Below are positions 48,264 through 60,000 of a stretch of DNA of 64,000 bases, piece after piece. This stretch comes from an uncultured Bacteroidia bacterium. GTDB lineage: Bacteria > Bacteroidota > Bacteroidia > NS11-12g > UBA955. The notes beneath the pieces were generated by a model. That model ran no database searches and was not told the DNA's origin. It saw only the letters and a program-made list of their open reading frames with translations. Made by a program: the position numbers and the translations under genes. Location: the NCBI GenBank assembly GCA_938086785.1, contig CALKCM010000014.1:2467-66466 (forward strand). Reading direction: 5' to 3'. The number at the start of each line of letters is the position of its first letter. The stretch's first letter is position 1.

Positions 48264-50933
48264 TTAATTTCTTGGGGGTCTTGGAGCCCTTGGTTTTCTC
48301 TTTGGAATCAAGAAGTAGGTATCTCCTTCGATATACGATTCGGGTTTAAAGTTTCTAAATACACCTCTACCTAACATGGCATCTGCACCGTCCATTTTTT
48401 CGGGACTCAACACTTTAAATCGGGCGCGTTTTACAATGTATCCGTTGATATCTAATTCGTCAACAACAAAGGAGTTACTTGGTAATTTCACTTTACCTAC
48501 TCTAATCTTATCTCCACCGGACACAAAACTTCCCTTATTAATCATTTTCTTAGAGTACCATTCTGCCGCAACCTCTTTGGTAACAGCGGTATATCTTCCT
48601 ACTGGATCAAATCTAAATTTCTGAGCATCTACTTTATTAATCATGCCGCTGATATATTTCTTTCCACCACTTTTAAATACCCTTGCTTTGGCGGCGTAAG
48701 AAATATCAATGACCGGTTTTACTTCTTCTACTATCTTCTTAGCAGTGTCCTCTACAACCTTGGCATTATTGGCATCTACATTTTGCGTGATTTTAGCTGT
48801 ACTCTTAATGTCTTCTGTACTGAAAAGCACAGTGGTTCTTCTGTTTTGGCGATGTTGGAATTCATCGCAATTCACGAATAATTTTCCGTCTTCCGTAATA
48901 ATCTCACTTGGGTCATAATCTTCGTAATATGTTTTTGTTACTACGCCTCCTTCATTGATTTCAACCATTTTACGAGTTTTCCCCGCTATATATGGGGTTA
49001 ACCCTGCGTTATTATCTGGCTCACAAGCACAATTATTTACAAGTTCTTTTTCTCCGTATCCTTTCCAGGTAATTCGTGCAGAATCAATTTTCCACTTGCT
49101 TACCAAGTAGTCTACAGCATTTTTTGCACGTCTTGTTGCTAAATCCTCGTTATGCGCCATGCTCGCTCTACAATCGGTATGTGAACCAAGTTCAGCATAC
49201 AATTTTGGATACTTTAGCATGATGCTTTTTGCAAAATCATCCAATACTTTTTCTGCATCTGGACGGATAAATGCTTTGTCCAAATCGTAATAGATAGGTA
49301 ATGTAAGCAATTTTATAATGGGGTTTTCCATGCAGAAATTTCGCTGAAACGCACCACATTCCATTTCCATGGTAGAAACTTTTTGATCGTCTGCTGCAAA
49401 ATAATATTCATGTTTAGGGTCCACCGGATTTGTTGGAGCACTTACTTCAATACGAAAATTCTTATCCCCTTCTATAATGACGTCATACCTTCCTGCTGCA
49501 TCTGCAGTGAGATTAATTACTGAGGTATCTTTATCATTTGTAATTCGAATGACTGCATTTGGAATCGGTTCGGCAGTTTCACAATCTGTAACAATGCCTT
49601 CTAAGGTAATGGAACAAGGCTCAATGTAAAATTTGTAAATATCAAAATTGTTTCTTTTAGTTCCTCTGTTACTAGAGAAGAATCCTGAGTTAGGTTCATC
49701 TCGGTTAAAGGTAATTCCTAAATCATCACCTCCAGAATTCATAGGAAGTTGCAGATTTTTACGTTTCTTCCAAACGGTTACATCATCGGTTGGATCGATC
49801 TTAAAGATATCTAAACCACCTGCTCCTGGCCATCCATCACTACTAAAGTATAGTTTGTTGTCTCCCTTGTTAAAAAAGGGATAGTATTCATTACCTGCTG
49901 TGTTAATATTTGGCCCTAGGTTTACTGGATCGCTCCAGGTCTTGCCTCTTCTTGTATAATTAGAAACCCAAAGGTCAAATCCACCATATCCACCTTCTCT
50001 ATCGCTGGCGAAAAACATTTGTGAACCATCCGGACTTAATGTGGGATGTCCGTAAAAACTTGCAGAATCTTCGGTACAAAAACTTAGGGGGTCTTGTATT
50101 AACCAATCCTTACCCACTTTTTTCATGGCGTAAATCATACAGTTCTGTCCTTTCCCGTCAAGCCCATTACATTGGGTCATGTACATATTGCTAAATCGGG
50201 TATCAAAAGCCAATGCTCCATCGTTAAACTTAGTGCTGGCTTCTTCCAAAAGCTGTGGTTTACTCCATCGAACTTTACCTCGTTTGGTTGTTTTTTCCAT
50301 AAACCAAATATCACTGTAGGTATTAAAGCTAATGGCGTCAATCTTTTTTGATACTCCACCCACTCTGTCAGAAGCTAGGTATAACATTTTATCTCTTCGA
50401 GATGCTATCATTGGCGCCCAGTCATCTGAGGCTTTGGTGTTGGCTTCTTTAAAATTTTCTACTTTGTATCTACTGCTATCTGGATCCCAGGTTAATTTCA
50501 TTTCTAAACCTTTTCTCCGGTAAATGGCAAATGAATCTCCAGGGACTTCTTGGAGGTAAGTCGTATAGGCCTCAACGGCATCTTCATCTTTTTCTAAATT
50601 TTTTAAGCAATCGGCTCGGTGTAAAAGCGCGTCTGTATTTTTAGGATCGTACTTTAGATACTTGTCGAAGTATTTAACTGCATTCTTGTAATCATTGGAC
50701 ATGCGATAGGACTCTGCTGCCACTAGGTAAGCTTTGTTTTTTGTTTCTTTATCGATTTTTCGGTCTTTACTTACTTCTGTAGCCTCTTGTGCTGCAGTTG
50801 CATAGTAGCCCTTATCATATTCTTCCTTCGCTTTCTCCAAGGAGTAGGATTTACAAGCACCTAAAAAAAGGGTTGTAGAAAGCACACTTAAATATAAGTA
50901 ATGTAAAAATCTGTTTGAACTAGAATTGATCAT
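48264..50933 (-). CDS. PorE-like lipoprotein: TPR + PD40 + carboxypeptidase-regulatory-like + OmpA domains, with extra C-terminal domain
   Basis: Lipobox LGAC, TPR, FASDREGGYGGFD, FSSDGWPGAGGLD, ELGSHTDCR, GYGE and HRQNRRT motifs. Confidence 0.88.
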   Translation of the reverse strand: MINSSSNRFLHYLYLSVLSTTLFLGACKSYSLEKAKEEYDKGYYATAAQEATEVSKDRKIDKETKNKAYLVAAESYRMSNDYKNAVKYFDKYLKYDPKNTDALLHRADCLKNLEKDEDAVEAYTTYLQEVPGDSFAIYRRKGLEMKLTWDPDSSRYKVENFKEANTKASDDWAPMIASRRDKMLYLASDRVGGVSKKIDAISFNTYSDIWFMEKTTKRGKVRWSKPQLLEEASTKFNDGALAFDTRFSNMYMTQCNGLDGKGQNCMIYAMKKVGKDWLIQDPLSFCTEDSASFYGHPTLSPDGSQMFFASDREGGYGGFDLWVSNYTRRGKTWSDPVNLGPNINTAGNEYYPFFNKGDNKLYFSSDGWPGAGGLDIFKIDPTDDVTVWKKRKNLQLPMNSGGDDLGITFNRDEPNSGFFSSNRGTKRNNFDIYKFYIEPCSITLEGIVTDCETAEPIPNAVIRITNDKDTSVINLTADAAGRYDVIIEGDKNFRIEVSAPTNPVDPKHEYYFAADDQKVSTMEMECGAFQRNFCMENPIIKLLTLPIYYDLDKAFIRPDAEKVLDDFAKSIMLKYPKLYAELGSHTDCRASMAHNEDLATRRAKNAVDYLVSKWKIDSARITWKGYGEKELVNNCACEPDNNAGLTPYIAGKTRKMVEINEGGVVTKTYYEDYDPSEIITEDGKLFVNCDEFQHRQNRRTTVLFSTEDIKSTAKITQNVDANNAKVVEDTAKKIVEEVKPVIDISYAAKARVFKSGGKKYISGMINKVDAQKFRFDPVGRYTAVTKEVAAEWYSKKMINKGSFVSGGDKIRVGKVKLPSNSFVVDELDINGYIVKRARFKVLSPEKMDGADAMLGRGVFRNFKPESYIEGDTYFLIPKRKPRAPRPPRN

Positions 50934-51147
50934 AATGTAGTTGTCTTACTGAGGTAAACGTTACAATCCTCAAAATAAGTGCTTTGAGGTCAAAGAAAAA
51001 AATATATTTTACTCTGCTTTCTAAAGCAAAACAGGGTATTTTAGAATGGTGAATTTTGATTTAATTCCAAGCTTTCATGGAATAAATAGGTGTTTTGAAT
51101 ATGCAAAAATTTTGGAAATCAACTCAAATAAATTTGAAACATTAAGC

Positions 51148-51447
51148 CTAGTGGTTAATTTTCAATCGGTGCACTACCATCGAGTCTCCAAAGCTCACAT
51201 TTACCAGGTAAAGGCCATTGGGCACTTTATGGATGTCTAGCGTCGTTGAAATACCAAAAGAGGTGTGTGTGAGTATTTTTTGTCCAAGAATGGAATAGAG
51301 TTCAATGGTTACTAATTGTTGCTCTTCCACACTAATAGTCACTTGCTTATTTGCAGGATTAGGCAATATCTGGATGGTTCCATTATCTGCTTTGAGTGCG
51401 CCTGCAATGTAAAATACAAAGCTGAGTAAGACGATTTTAACCTTCAT
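51148..51447 (-). CDS. Small protein consisting of a signal peptide + T9SS type-A CTD
   Basis: ILPNPA...LYSILGQ...NGLYLV immediately after the signal peptide. Confidence 0.8.
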   Translation of the reverse strand: MKVKIVLLSFVFYIAGALKADNGTIQILPNPANKQVTISVEEQQLVTIELYSILGQKILTHTSFGISTTLDIHKVPNGLYLVNVSFGDSMVVHRLKINH

Positions 51448-51475
51448 GCTTAATATTAATCAATTTTCATGCCAA

Positions 51476-53875
51476 TTAGAGTATTTGGCTTGACTTTAGG
51501 AGGTTTTCAACCTTTAATTTTTCGGTGGAGGGTAGTTTAGCCACTTCTTTTTTAATTTGGTCTAAATTCCCAGAAAGTCCTTTAAGTGTAGATAAGGCAG
51601 GCCCTGTTAGACGTCTATTAAAACTGGTTAGCGCTTCAATAAGGTTCGCAATAACTAAAGTATTTGACAATTTTAAGGACTTAATCGCTCGAAAGGCATT
51701 GATTCGAGTTCTAAACTCATAAGATGAACCTGCAAAGTCTGCGATTAAATTGCGATTTATTTGGTTTTCGGGTTGGTTTCCAATAGCATTGAGTGCGAGG
51801 TATTTAATTTTAATGTTATGTGCCTGACCGTCGGTGTTTTTAACCGCATCCATAATAGCAAAGGTGTCCTTATAACCGCTCAAGGCAAGTTTATCCATAG
51901 CAGAAGCTATAATTGAATAGCTCGAGTCTTTGAGGAGTTTTAGGAAAATTTCATTGTTCTTTTCTTCTGCTGATAAGGTATTTACTAGTGCTCTCCTCAC
52001 CTCTACTTCTTTGGCATCAACCAGTTTTTTGGCCCAGGCATCATCCTTGGCTAATTGCTTGGCAATTTCGGCCTTTATTTGGTCAAAGGATTCGGTTTTA
52101 TATGCGTTTTCTAAGGCTTCTTTTTTCATGCGAAGCGTTACCTCTTTTAATCCAAGAACTGCATCATAGCGATCCATGACAAAAGCCGCATTTTTCAATT
52201 GTGCTAAGTGCTGATCCACTGTCTTTTTAAAGGTTACATTCTTCAAAACAAAGCTTCCTTCGTCAAATAGAGCAAAAGAGATAGGTCCTTTATCGCCTTT
52301 ATTAAAAGAAACCGTTTGCATGGCCTTATCAATCATTACAGTTTGCCTGTCCACAGTTCCATTGGCATAATAAACGGCCAAATCTATGGGCATTTTAAAT
52401 AAGCCAACCGTTTCTCTCATTTCCTGGGTTTGTTCTATTTTCAATTGAACCTGATTGTCATTTTCAATGAGTTCTACCTCGTAATTTGGTTCTCCACCTC
52501 TGTGCACCCATTGGTCTAAGAACCAATCCATATTTAATCCTGTGGCATCTATCATGGCTCTTTGCAGGTCATGGGTTTCGACTCCTTTAAATGCATTGCG
52601 GTTTAAATAGAGGTTTATTCCACGGTTAAAATTTGTGCGACCCATCACATGCTGCATCATGTAAAGCACGCTTGCTCCTTTAGGATAATGTCGGGCAGTT
52701 CCTCCCTCACTGTGGGCAACAGGCAAATCATCTTTAAGGCCGGCTGCCAAGGCGCTATTCATTCTACCTCTAAAGTACCAATACATATCGCTTTTAGTAC
52801 CTATTTCTGATTCAAAAATGCCAGGGTAATAGGTGGCAAAGCTTTCTTGAAGCCAGTGATCTCCGTCATTGCGGGCCGTAATTAAATCACCAAACCACTG
52901 ATGCGTGGCCTCGTGGCAGTTTACCATCACATAATTTCTATCTAAGTAGGCTCGTTCATCTACCCAAAAGAAATCACCAAAGATGGTGGCGCTGGTGTTT
53001 TCCATGGCTCCATACATGAAGTCTTGCACCATGGCTTGAGCATATTTGCCCCATGCATATTTATATCCTGTTTCTTTTTCCAAAAAATCGAGGATTTCTT
53101 CGGTATACCTGCTAGATGGTTCTACCCTTTCTGGATGCTCAGGGTAATACCAAAACTCAGTTTCTACGCCTCCTTTTGTTCGCCCCTTCTTCACTGCATA
53201 TTTATCAATAGCCAGCATTAATAAATAGCCCGCGTGTGGGTTGTTGATTTTATAATGCCATTGAGTTCCTTCATTTTTAGTGGTCTTTTCTATTAGTTTA
53301 CCATTTGATAAAACCCGGTAGGCAGAATCAAATGTCACGCGTACTTCAGTAATAAACTTATCGGCTCTATCGTCCACCATAGGAATCCAATGTCGGTGAT
53401 CTATGCCTTGTCCTTGAGTCCATACTTGTCTTCTTGTTTCATGAACCAAATCTTTCGATGGAGGTTGATTCCACCCTATAAAATAGATCCCCTTTTTTGG
53501 GGTAGCTTCATACGAGATGCGCAATTTATGAACTGTGTTGTACATCTGTTTGAGTTTTGGGTAAAACACAATGCCTCCTTTTACCTGCTTGTAATTCACC
53601 GCCAACCCGTCAATGAAAGCATTTTCAATGGAAATATCTATCCCATCCAAAAAAAACGTATCTACATCATCTTGCCTTGTGGCAAAGGTGTGGGTCACTT
53701 CTCCAATTACCTTTTTGCTCTCGGGTTCAAAACGAACGTTCAAGGACATATGGGTTACATCGATATTTCTACTTCGCTGATGCGAGCCTGCATCTTCGTA
53801 ATAACTGTGAACTTCTTTTGTTTGTGCTTGGAGGGAAGATCCCAGAAGAATGAAAACGATGAATAAATTGCGCAT
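51476..53875 (-). CDS. M1 family aminopeptidase with C-terminal HEAT-like region
   Basis: GAMEN, HEATHQWFGD...WLQESFATY and YPKGA motifs. Confidence 0.94.
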   Translation of the reverse strand: MRNLFIVFILLGSSLQAQTKEVHSYYEDAGSHQRSRNIDVTHMSLNVRFEPESKKVIGEVTHTFATRQDDVDTFFLDGIDISIENAFIDGLAVNYKQVKGGIVFYPKLKQMYNTVHKLRISYEATPKKGIYFIGWNQPPSKDLVHETRRQVWTQGQGIDHRHWIPMVDDRADKFITEVRVTFDSAYRVLSNGKLIEKTTKNEGTQWHYKINNPHAGYLLMLAIDKYAVKKGRTKGGVETEFWYYPEHPERVEPSSRYTEEILDFLEKETGYKYAWGKYAQAMVQDFMYGAMENTSATIFGDFFWVDERAYLDRNYVMVNCHEATHQWFGDLITARNDGDHWLQESFATYYPGIFESEIGTKSDMYWYFRGRMNSALAAGLKDDLPVAHSEGGTARHYPKGASVLYMMQHVMGRTNFNRGINLYLNRNAFKGVETHDLQRAMIDATGLNMDWFLDQWVHRGGEPNYEVELIENDNQVQLKIEQTQEMRETVGLFKMPIDLAVYYANGTVDRQTVMIDKAMQTVSFNKGDKGPISFALFDEGSFVLKNVTFKKTVDQHLAQLKNAAFVMDRYDAVLGLKEVTLRMKKEALENAYKTESFDQIKAEIAKQLAKDDAWAKKLVDAKEVEVRRALVNTLSAEEKNNEIFLKLLKDSSYSIIASAMDKLALSGYKDTFAIMDAVKNTDGQAHNIKIKYLALNAIGNQPENQINRNLIADFAGSSYEFRTRINAFRAIKSLKLSNTLVIANLIEALTSFNRRLTGPALSTLKGLSGNLDQIKKEVAKLPSTEKLKVENLLKSSQIL

Positions 53876-54087
53876 AAGCTGCGAAAATAGTACTTTGTTT
53901 TTGATACTGCCAAAGAGCTTTCTGATTCCACAGAATATCCCATTTTAAAGGGAGGAAATTCAATGAAGTGTACTCAAAAAAGAGGCAATTCTGATTTAAA
54001 AACGTATTTCATAAGATGCGACTCAACATTTATCAACCATAATCTACTTATAAATTCAAAAATTTAAACTAATTTTGACTTAAACAC

Positions 54088-57000
54088 GTGATTATTAAAA
54101 GAGTACAACTCATACTTTTCTGTATACTTGCTGTCTTATTTAGTTCTCAAATTAAGGCTCAGGGGAACAAACTTTCCATTCGATCTACGAGTCCAAAAAA
54201 TATTAGCATCTGTGGTTTTTCGGATACCTCGAGAATTACAGTCTACAATATAAGTTCTAGTGTTATTAACGGAAGCACGCTGAGGTTAAACTTGCCCCCT
54301 GGAGTGAATTATGTTGCAGGGTCATTGGTTTCATCCACTGTATCGGAGTCCAACATTACAAATCCAAATCGCCCTATTTTCAAATCGGGAAAGTTATTGT
54401 TAGCACAATCCTATACCCTTCGTGTGTCCCTTAAAGCTGATTGTGAGTTAATGTACAAATTGGGAGGTTCATTTCAACCACAAATTGATGTAAGAGTCGA
54501 TTATGCAGGTAACTTTGACTTAGGTAGCTCATTGCCCTTTGCTCCAAATGTGCCATCACCCGTTTTAAGTTCCATTACCAATAGAAGCTATACCGGAGAT
54601 GTGGGCAGATCATTTGTAAGGAAATACACCATTAAAAACTTTGGGAAAGGCCCCATTGAGGAATTTTATTTCTATCGCATAAATGGAAAGGATTTAAAGA
54701 CCACTGTTCAAAAGGAGTTTGTTTCAACGTTGGTTGGAGATACACTTAAAACCAAAATAACCAAAGCCCAGATAAGTCAAATAGGCAATAAGGATTCTTT
54801 TTTTGATAGAAATGAGTCCATTGAGTTTTCCGATACCATCAGTATTCAGGGATGTAGATCCTTAGGGACTAATTTCTTCATGATGTGGGGCTGCAATAAT
54901 CAATTGTGCCAAATTATAAAAAATAATGGGTTGGTGAATATTAGCACCAAAGCGCCCAATATTAAATCTTGGGCTAAGTCTAGCTCAAGCACTTGCCAGA
55001 ATAATACGATAGCCAATTCACAGGAGCTTGTGATTACCAATACAGGCCAGTTGGCCGCTATAAATGGTGAAGTTTATATTTATCAGTCCTACGGAAATAC
55101 AGCGAGCTTTTATAAGTACTTGTACAGCAGGATTGATACTAGCAGCATTTTCATTCGTAAATCAAGGAATGGGAAACAGCAGCGAATTTATCCTACTTCA
55201 GTCGAGAATAACCAAACCTATTCTTGCTTAGGAAAGGATCCTATTGGTAGTTTTTTACTCAATTTTGGGGATTTAGAACCTGGGGATAGTCTCATAATTA
55301 ATTGGGATTTGTATAAATGTGCTCCAACGAATTGTGGCTCCTCATTTTATAACCAAGGCTGGTCTTACAGAGTAAATTATTCTGATGCTTGTGGGGATAG
55401 GCAGAGTACCTATCAGCGTTCAGGTAAATCGGGCGCCTTATCTAGAGCTTCATTAAGTGTTAATGCCCCCACGGATATTGCCAGTGGAATAACTGAAAAA
55501 ATAATTTATACGTTTAATTCAACCAATTTCCTGCCGATGGATACTTCGGCAAAAATATATATTGACTTAATTCTTCCAAAGACCCTGAGCCATAGTTTAA
55601 GTACCAAGGATTTTTATATTAGCAACTATAGATTAACCAATTCTTGGTATCCGGATAGTGTTGAGAAACACGGCGATACCATTCGCGGATATTTTGGTAA
55701 CCGTGTCAAAATGAACATTACAAATGGGGAATTGTACATTAATGTGACGGGTAATTGCAGCAACTCAAAAAAGAATGAAAACTTGCCTGTTACCCTCCAA
55801 GTAAAATACAATACGAATGCCAATTGCAACCCCAATGTTTGGATTAATATGGCTTGCAATACGGCGAGTATTAAGGTTCATTGTGACTTTAGTTGTTCTG
55901 GCGGAATGCAATTCAAAAATTTTGATGTTAAGCGAATCAATTTTGGCCTTCCAGACAATGATAATGATGGATTGGCAGATAAAACGGGCACTTTAGATAC
56001 GAGTAAACTACGCACGGAGCGGGCCATGTACGGAGATACTATTTTAGCCAGCTTTTACGGAAGACCTAAGAGCGCGGGTGGATCAAATAGAGCCTGGAGC
56101 AATGGCTTTGCTCAAAGTATAGTTTCTTACGGTAAGTGCTTGGAGGTAATAGATGCCGAGCTTGTTGTGATTAAAGGCTCAACCTTATTTAGTTCTGGAT
56201 GTACAACCGTCAAACATAAAAAGACAGTTGCAGGGAATAATGCCACCTTTAATTTTGACTTTTCCGTTGATTCTATTTTTGGCGCGGGCTGTTTAAATTC
56301 TACTTATAGATATTCGAGAAATGATAGTCTCATATTAAAAGTGCGTTATCGCATTGCGGAAAATATAGGTGGAAGTACCGTAAATCTCCTATTTAAAAAT
56401 AGATATTACTTATCGAATTATGCCAGTCCAACCTTAGCTCAATCCTATCAATGTGATACATTTAATGGGAGGCTCACGTATTTAGGCTATTACTTTACCA
56501 ATTATGGGAGAGACAATAGACTTTACGGCACTTGTGGGGCTTTAACTGTCAATCAAAGTTTTTATTTAGGAATTGGAAAATGTTGCAACAACTATTCTGG
56601 AAATGATGCCTTTCCATACGAGTATAGGAACTGGGCCACTATGGATAAATTAAGGATTCATTTGCCTAAGGGAATGGGTTTCTTAAGTGCTAATTTTTAT
56701 CAATTAAGAACCACTGGTAGGGGCTCGTCGGTGCGGGAAAATGTATTAGATATAAAACCCCTTGCGGGTTATAATAACCCCATCGTTTTTGACTTAAAAA
56801 AGCTGTATAAAGCGAATGGAGGGGCTGTAAATGCAGGGGATGATGGCTTTAACGGCTATGTTTCCTTCCGTTTGCAACCGCTTTGCGATTTTCCTCCGGA
56901 CGTTCCACAAATCATAGATTATGACTATGTTTTTGAGAAGCACAATGCTCTTGGAATTGGTTTTGATACGTTGTTTTCTAAGATAATAGGAACCAGTGAT

Positions 57001-60000
57001 AGGGTTACGTTAGCTAAGCCAAAAATTGCGATGATTCCCGATATTCAAACGGTCTATGCCAATACAGATACTGCGGAGTGGGAGTTGCGTTATTCTAACT
57101 CTAGCACTTCATTTCAGGTGTATAACGTTTGGCTGTCTCAAAAAAAGAATAATAATATTAAGATTGTTGAAATATGGGATGTGGAGAATGATACTCTTGT
57201 AAAACCAACCAATGATATTTTTAGAGCGGGGCCATTGGGAGCTGGAAAAGTGAGAAGGTTCAAAATTAGAGCTACATATAATAATTGTTCACCGGATAGT
57301 TTAATTATTTATGGTGCTTGGGCTTGTGACGGATATCCGATTAATTTTTCTTCGTATGACTGTACTCCGGAAAAAATGACCTTATTGCTTGAGCCTAAAA
57401 ATACCAGGCTGCAATTAACGCTTGAAGATAGTGCAGCACTCCTAAATCTTTGTTCTGAAAATAAAATGGAAGTTTTATTGGAGAATATTCAGGATGTTAA
57501 TTCCTATTCAAATAAACTTCAACTTGTATTGCCTATTGGTATGAAAATAGTGCCTGGGACAATTCAAGTGGAATATCCAACAGGCAAAGCAATGGTATCT
57601 CTTCCCATGCCAGATTTGGTCACTGGAACAACGGTGCAATGGGATTTGGATAAATTATTACCTGGTTTTTCTAAAGGGTTTAGTGGCACAGCCGATACTT
57701 CTATGAACAAAGTGAGGGTTGTTTTTAAAACCACCACGAATTGCGATTATGCTTCGGGGAGTTACATGATTGCAAAAGCGGAAGCAAATATTAATTGCGG
57801 AGACCCTGTTTTGGTTGTCCCGGCATATAGCAGACCCTTAGATATTATAGGAATTACAAGACCATATTATACACTAGCAGAGATTAAGTCTGATTCAATT
57901 TTACCTTGCACTAAACCTTTCGATGTATCCATTAAGTCTATTATTTTGGGTCCTGATAAAACAGCGATTAAGGATCGGATAGAAATACTTATACCGGAGG
58001 GAATGTCATGGGATTCTTCTTATTTTTATAAAATCAGAAATGCTCCTTTTAAAGACTCTTTTGTAATTTCTGATATAAATGGGGCGACTCTGGTTAGCTG
58101 GTTACTGCCGCCAAATATAAAGCCTGGGGATAGTATCGAATTTAAGACGCGATTTAATGCCAAATCAGAGAATTTCTTTTGTGGAGTGACGGATTTATCT
58201 GTGAGAACTGTGGTGGTTCAATCGGCATTATGTGTTGAAACCAATAAGTATTGCGATATAAAAGTTGTTACGGGCGGGGAGTTAATTAACCCTGTTGTAG
58301 ATAAGGCTAGTCTTAAATTATCTCCATTAAATTCGACCTCTTACATGCTCAGAGGAGATTCGGAAAAGGTTGACTTATCCTATGTTGTGCGAAATGATGG
58401 CCAAAATATTAGTTCTAGTCAGGCCATTATTGTTAACTACTATTTTGATAAAAATGCAAATGGCAAATGGGATGTTTCGGATAAGTTTTTGAGTTCAGAT
58501 ACATTGAATAAAACACTAAAAAAGAACGAGCAGGTGAATGTATCAAAATCTATGGGTATAGTTGCTGGGGAGTCTTGTGCGATTATAGCAATAATAGATT
58601 CTTCGGCATGTAGTTGCTTATATGCGCAAATGATATTTCCAGCGCCTCGCTTAATTAATGCAGGTCGGGATACGGCCATATGTTCTGGTTCGCTGCTTTT
58701 AGTTGGGGGGATCAATAATTATAGATTTAGATATTCATGGAATAACCGCTCGATACTGAATGATCCTTCTAAAGCAAGAACCTTATTTATTGCTAATAAC
58801 CAATCGGGTAAACCAGAACAATATGACCTTGTTCTCAGTACTGATAGAGGCGAATGTTTTAGTAAAGACACCGTGAAAGTAGTGGTAAATCCATTGCCGC
58901 AACTTTCGATGAACTTTAAAGATACCCAAATTTGTACGGGTGCTTGGTTGAATCTCGCGCCAAAAATAAACAGTGGTGTTTTGCCCTTTATATATTCTTG
59001 GAAAAGTTCAGTCCCTCTGAAGGATAGCACAAAGGAAAGCCTCTATGTAAAGCCAGATTCTCATACGTTCTATCATTTGTTTTTAAAAGATAAAAATGGT
59101 TGTTCAGACTCAGATTCTGCGAACGTGCAAGTCTTTAAAAAGCCTATTGCCGAATTTAATTATCCTATTACTTGTGCAAATAAGGAATTGATTGTGAGCA
59201 ATTCGAGTTTTAGAGGAACATCTAATTGGAGTAAGGTTATTTGGAGTACTTCAACTTGGGATACTGTGAACTTAGATGTAACAGCCATTCCTATGAGTGG
59301 GTTGACAGAGGCCGTTGAATTAATAGTTGTTAATGATGCAAATTGTGCAGATACCATCAAAAAGCAAGTGAATAAAAAAGCTTTGCCAAGGGCTTTATTT
59401 ACTGCAGATAATCATTGTTTAAATGCCACATTTGAACTAAAAAATGGCTCGGTTTCTGATAGTGGACGCATTATTGAGTATTATTGGCAATTTGATGATG
59501 GTTCATCATCAGGTGATCTCTTGCCAAGCCATGTTTTCAAAACAGCAGATTCTTTTAATGTATCGCTCAGAGTCAAGTCTGAATTTGATTGCACAGACTC
59601 TATTACACAAGCAGTAGTTGTTCATCCCATACCTCAAGCAGACTTTGCAGCCAATGCCCCTTGCGAGGGTCAAGCTCTAAAAATAGTAAATAAATCAACG
59701 CTTCCTAAGGGATTTATTGACTTGGTTAATTGGTCCAGTAAGTACGGGATGGGAACAGCAGATTCGCTAGAATTAATGCTTAATACCTTTGATTCATTCC
59801 AAGTAAAACTCCTTGTTTCGAGTAATTTTTCTTGCATGGATTCGGTGGAAAAACAGGTACGTGTTTTTGATAAACCAAAGGCAAATTTTAGTGTTGCGGA
59901 TGTCTGCGATGGTGTTTCTTTAAATCTAATTGATTCAAGTGAAATACGAGATGGAACGATCGATCGTTACCAATGGAAATTTGGAGATGGGAACAATTCG

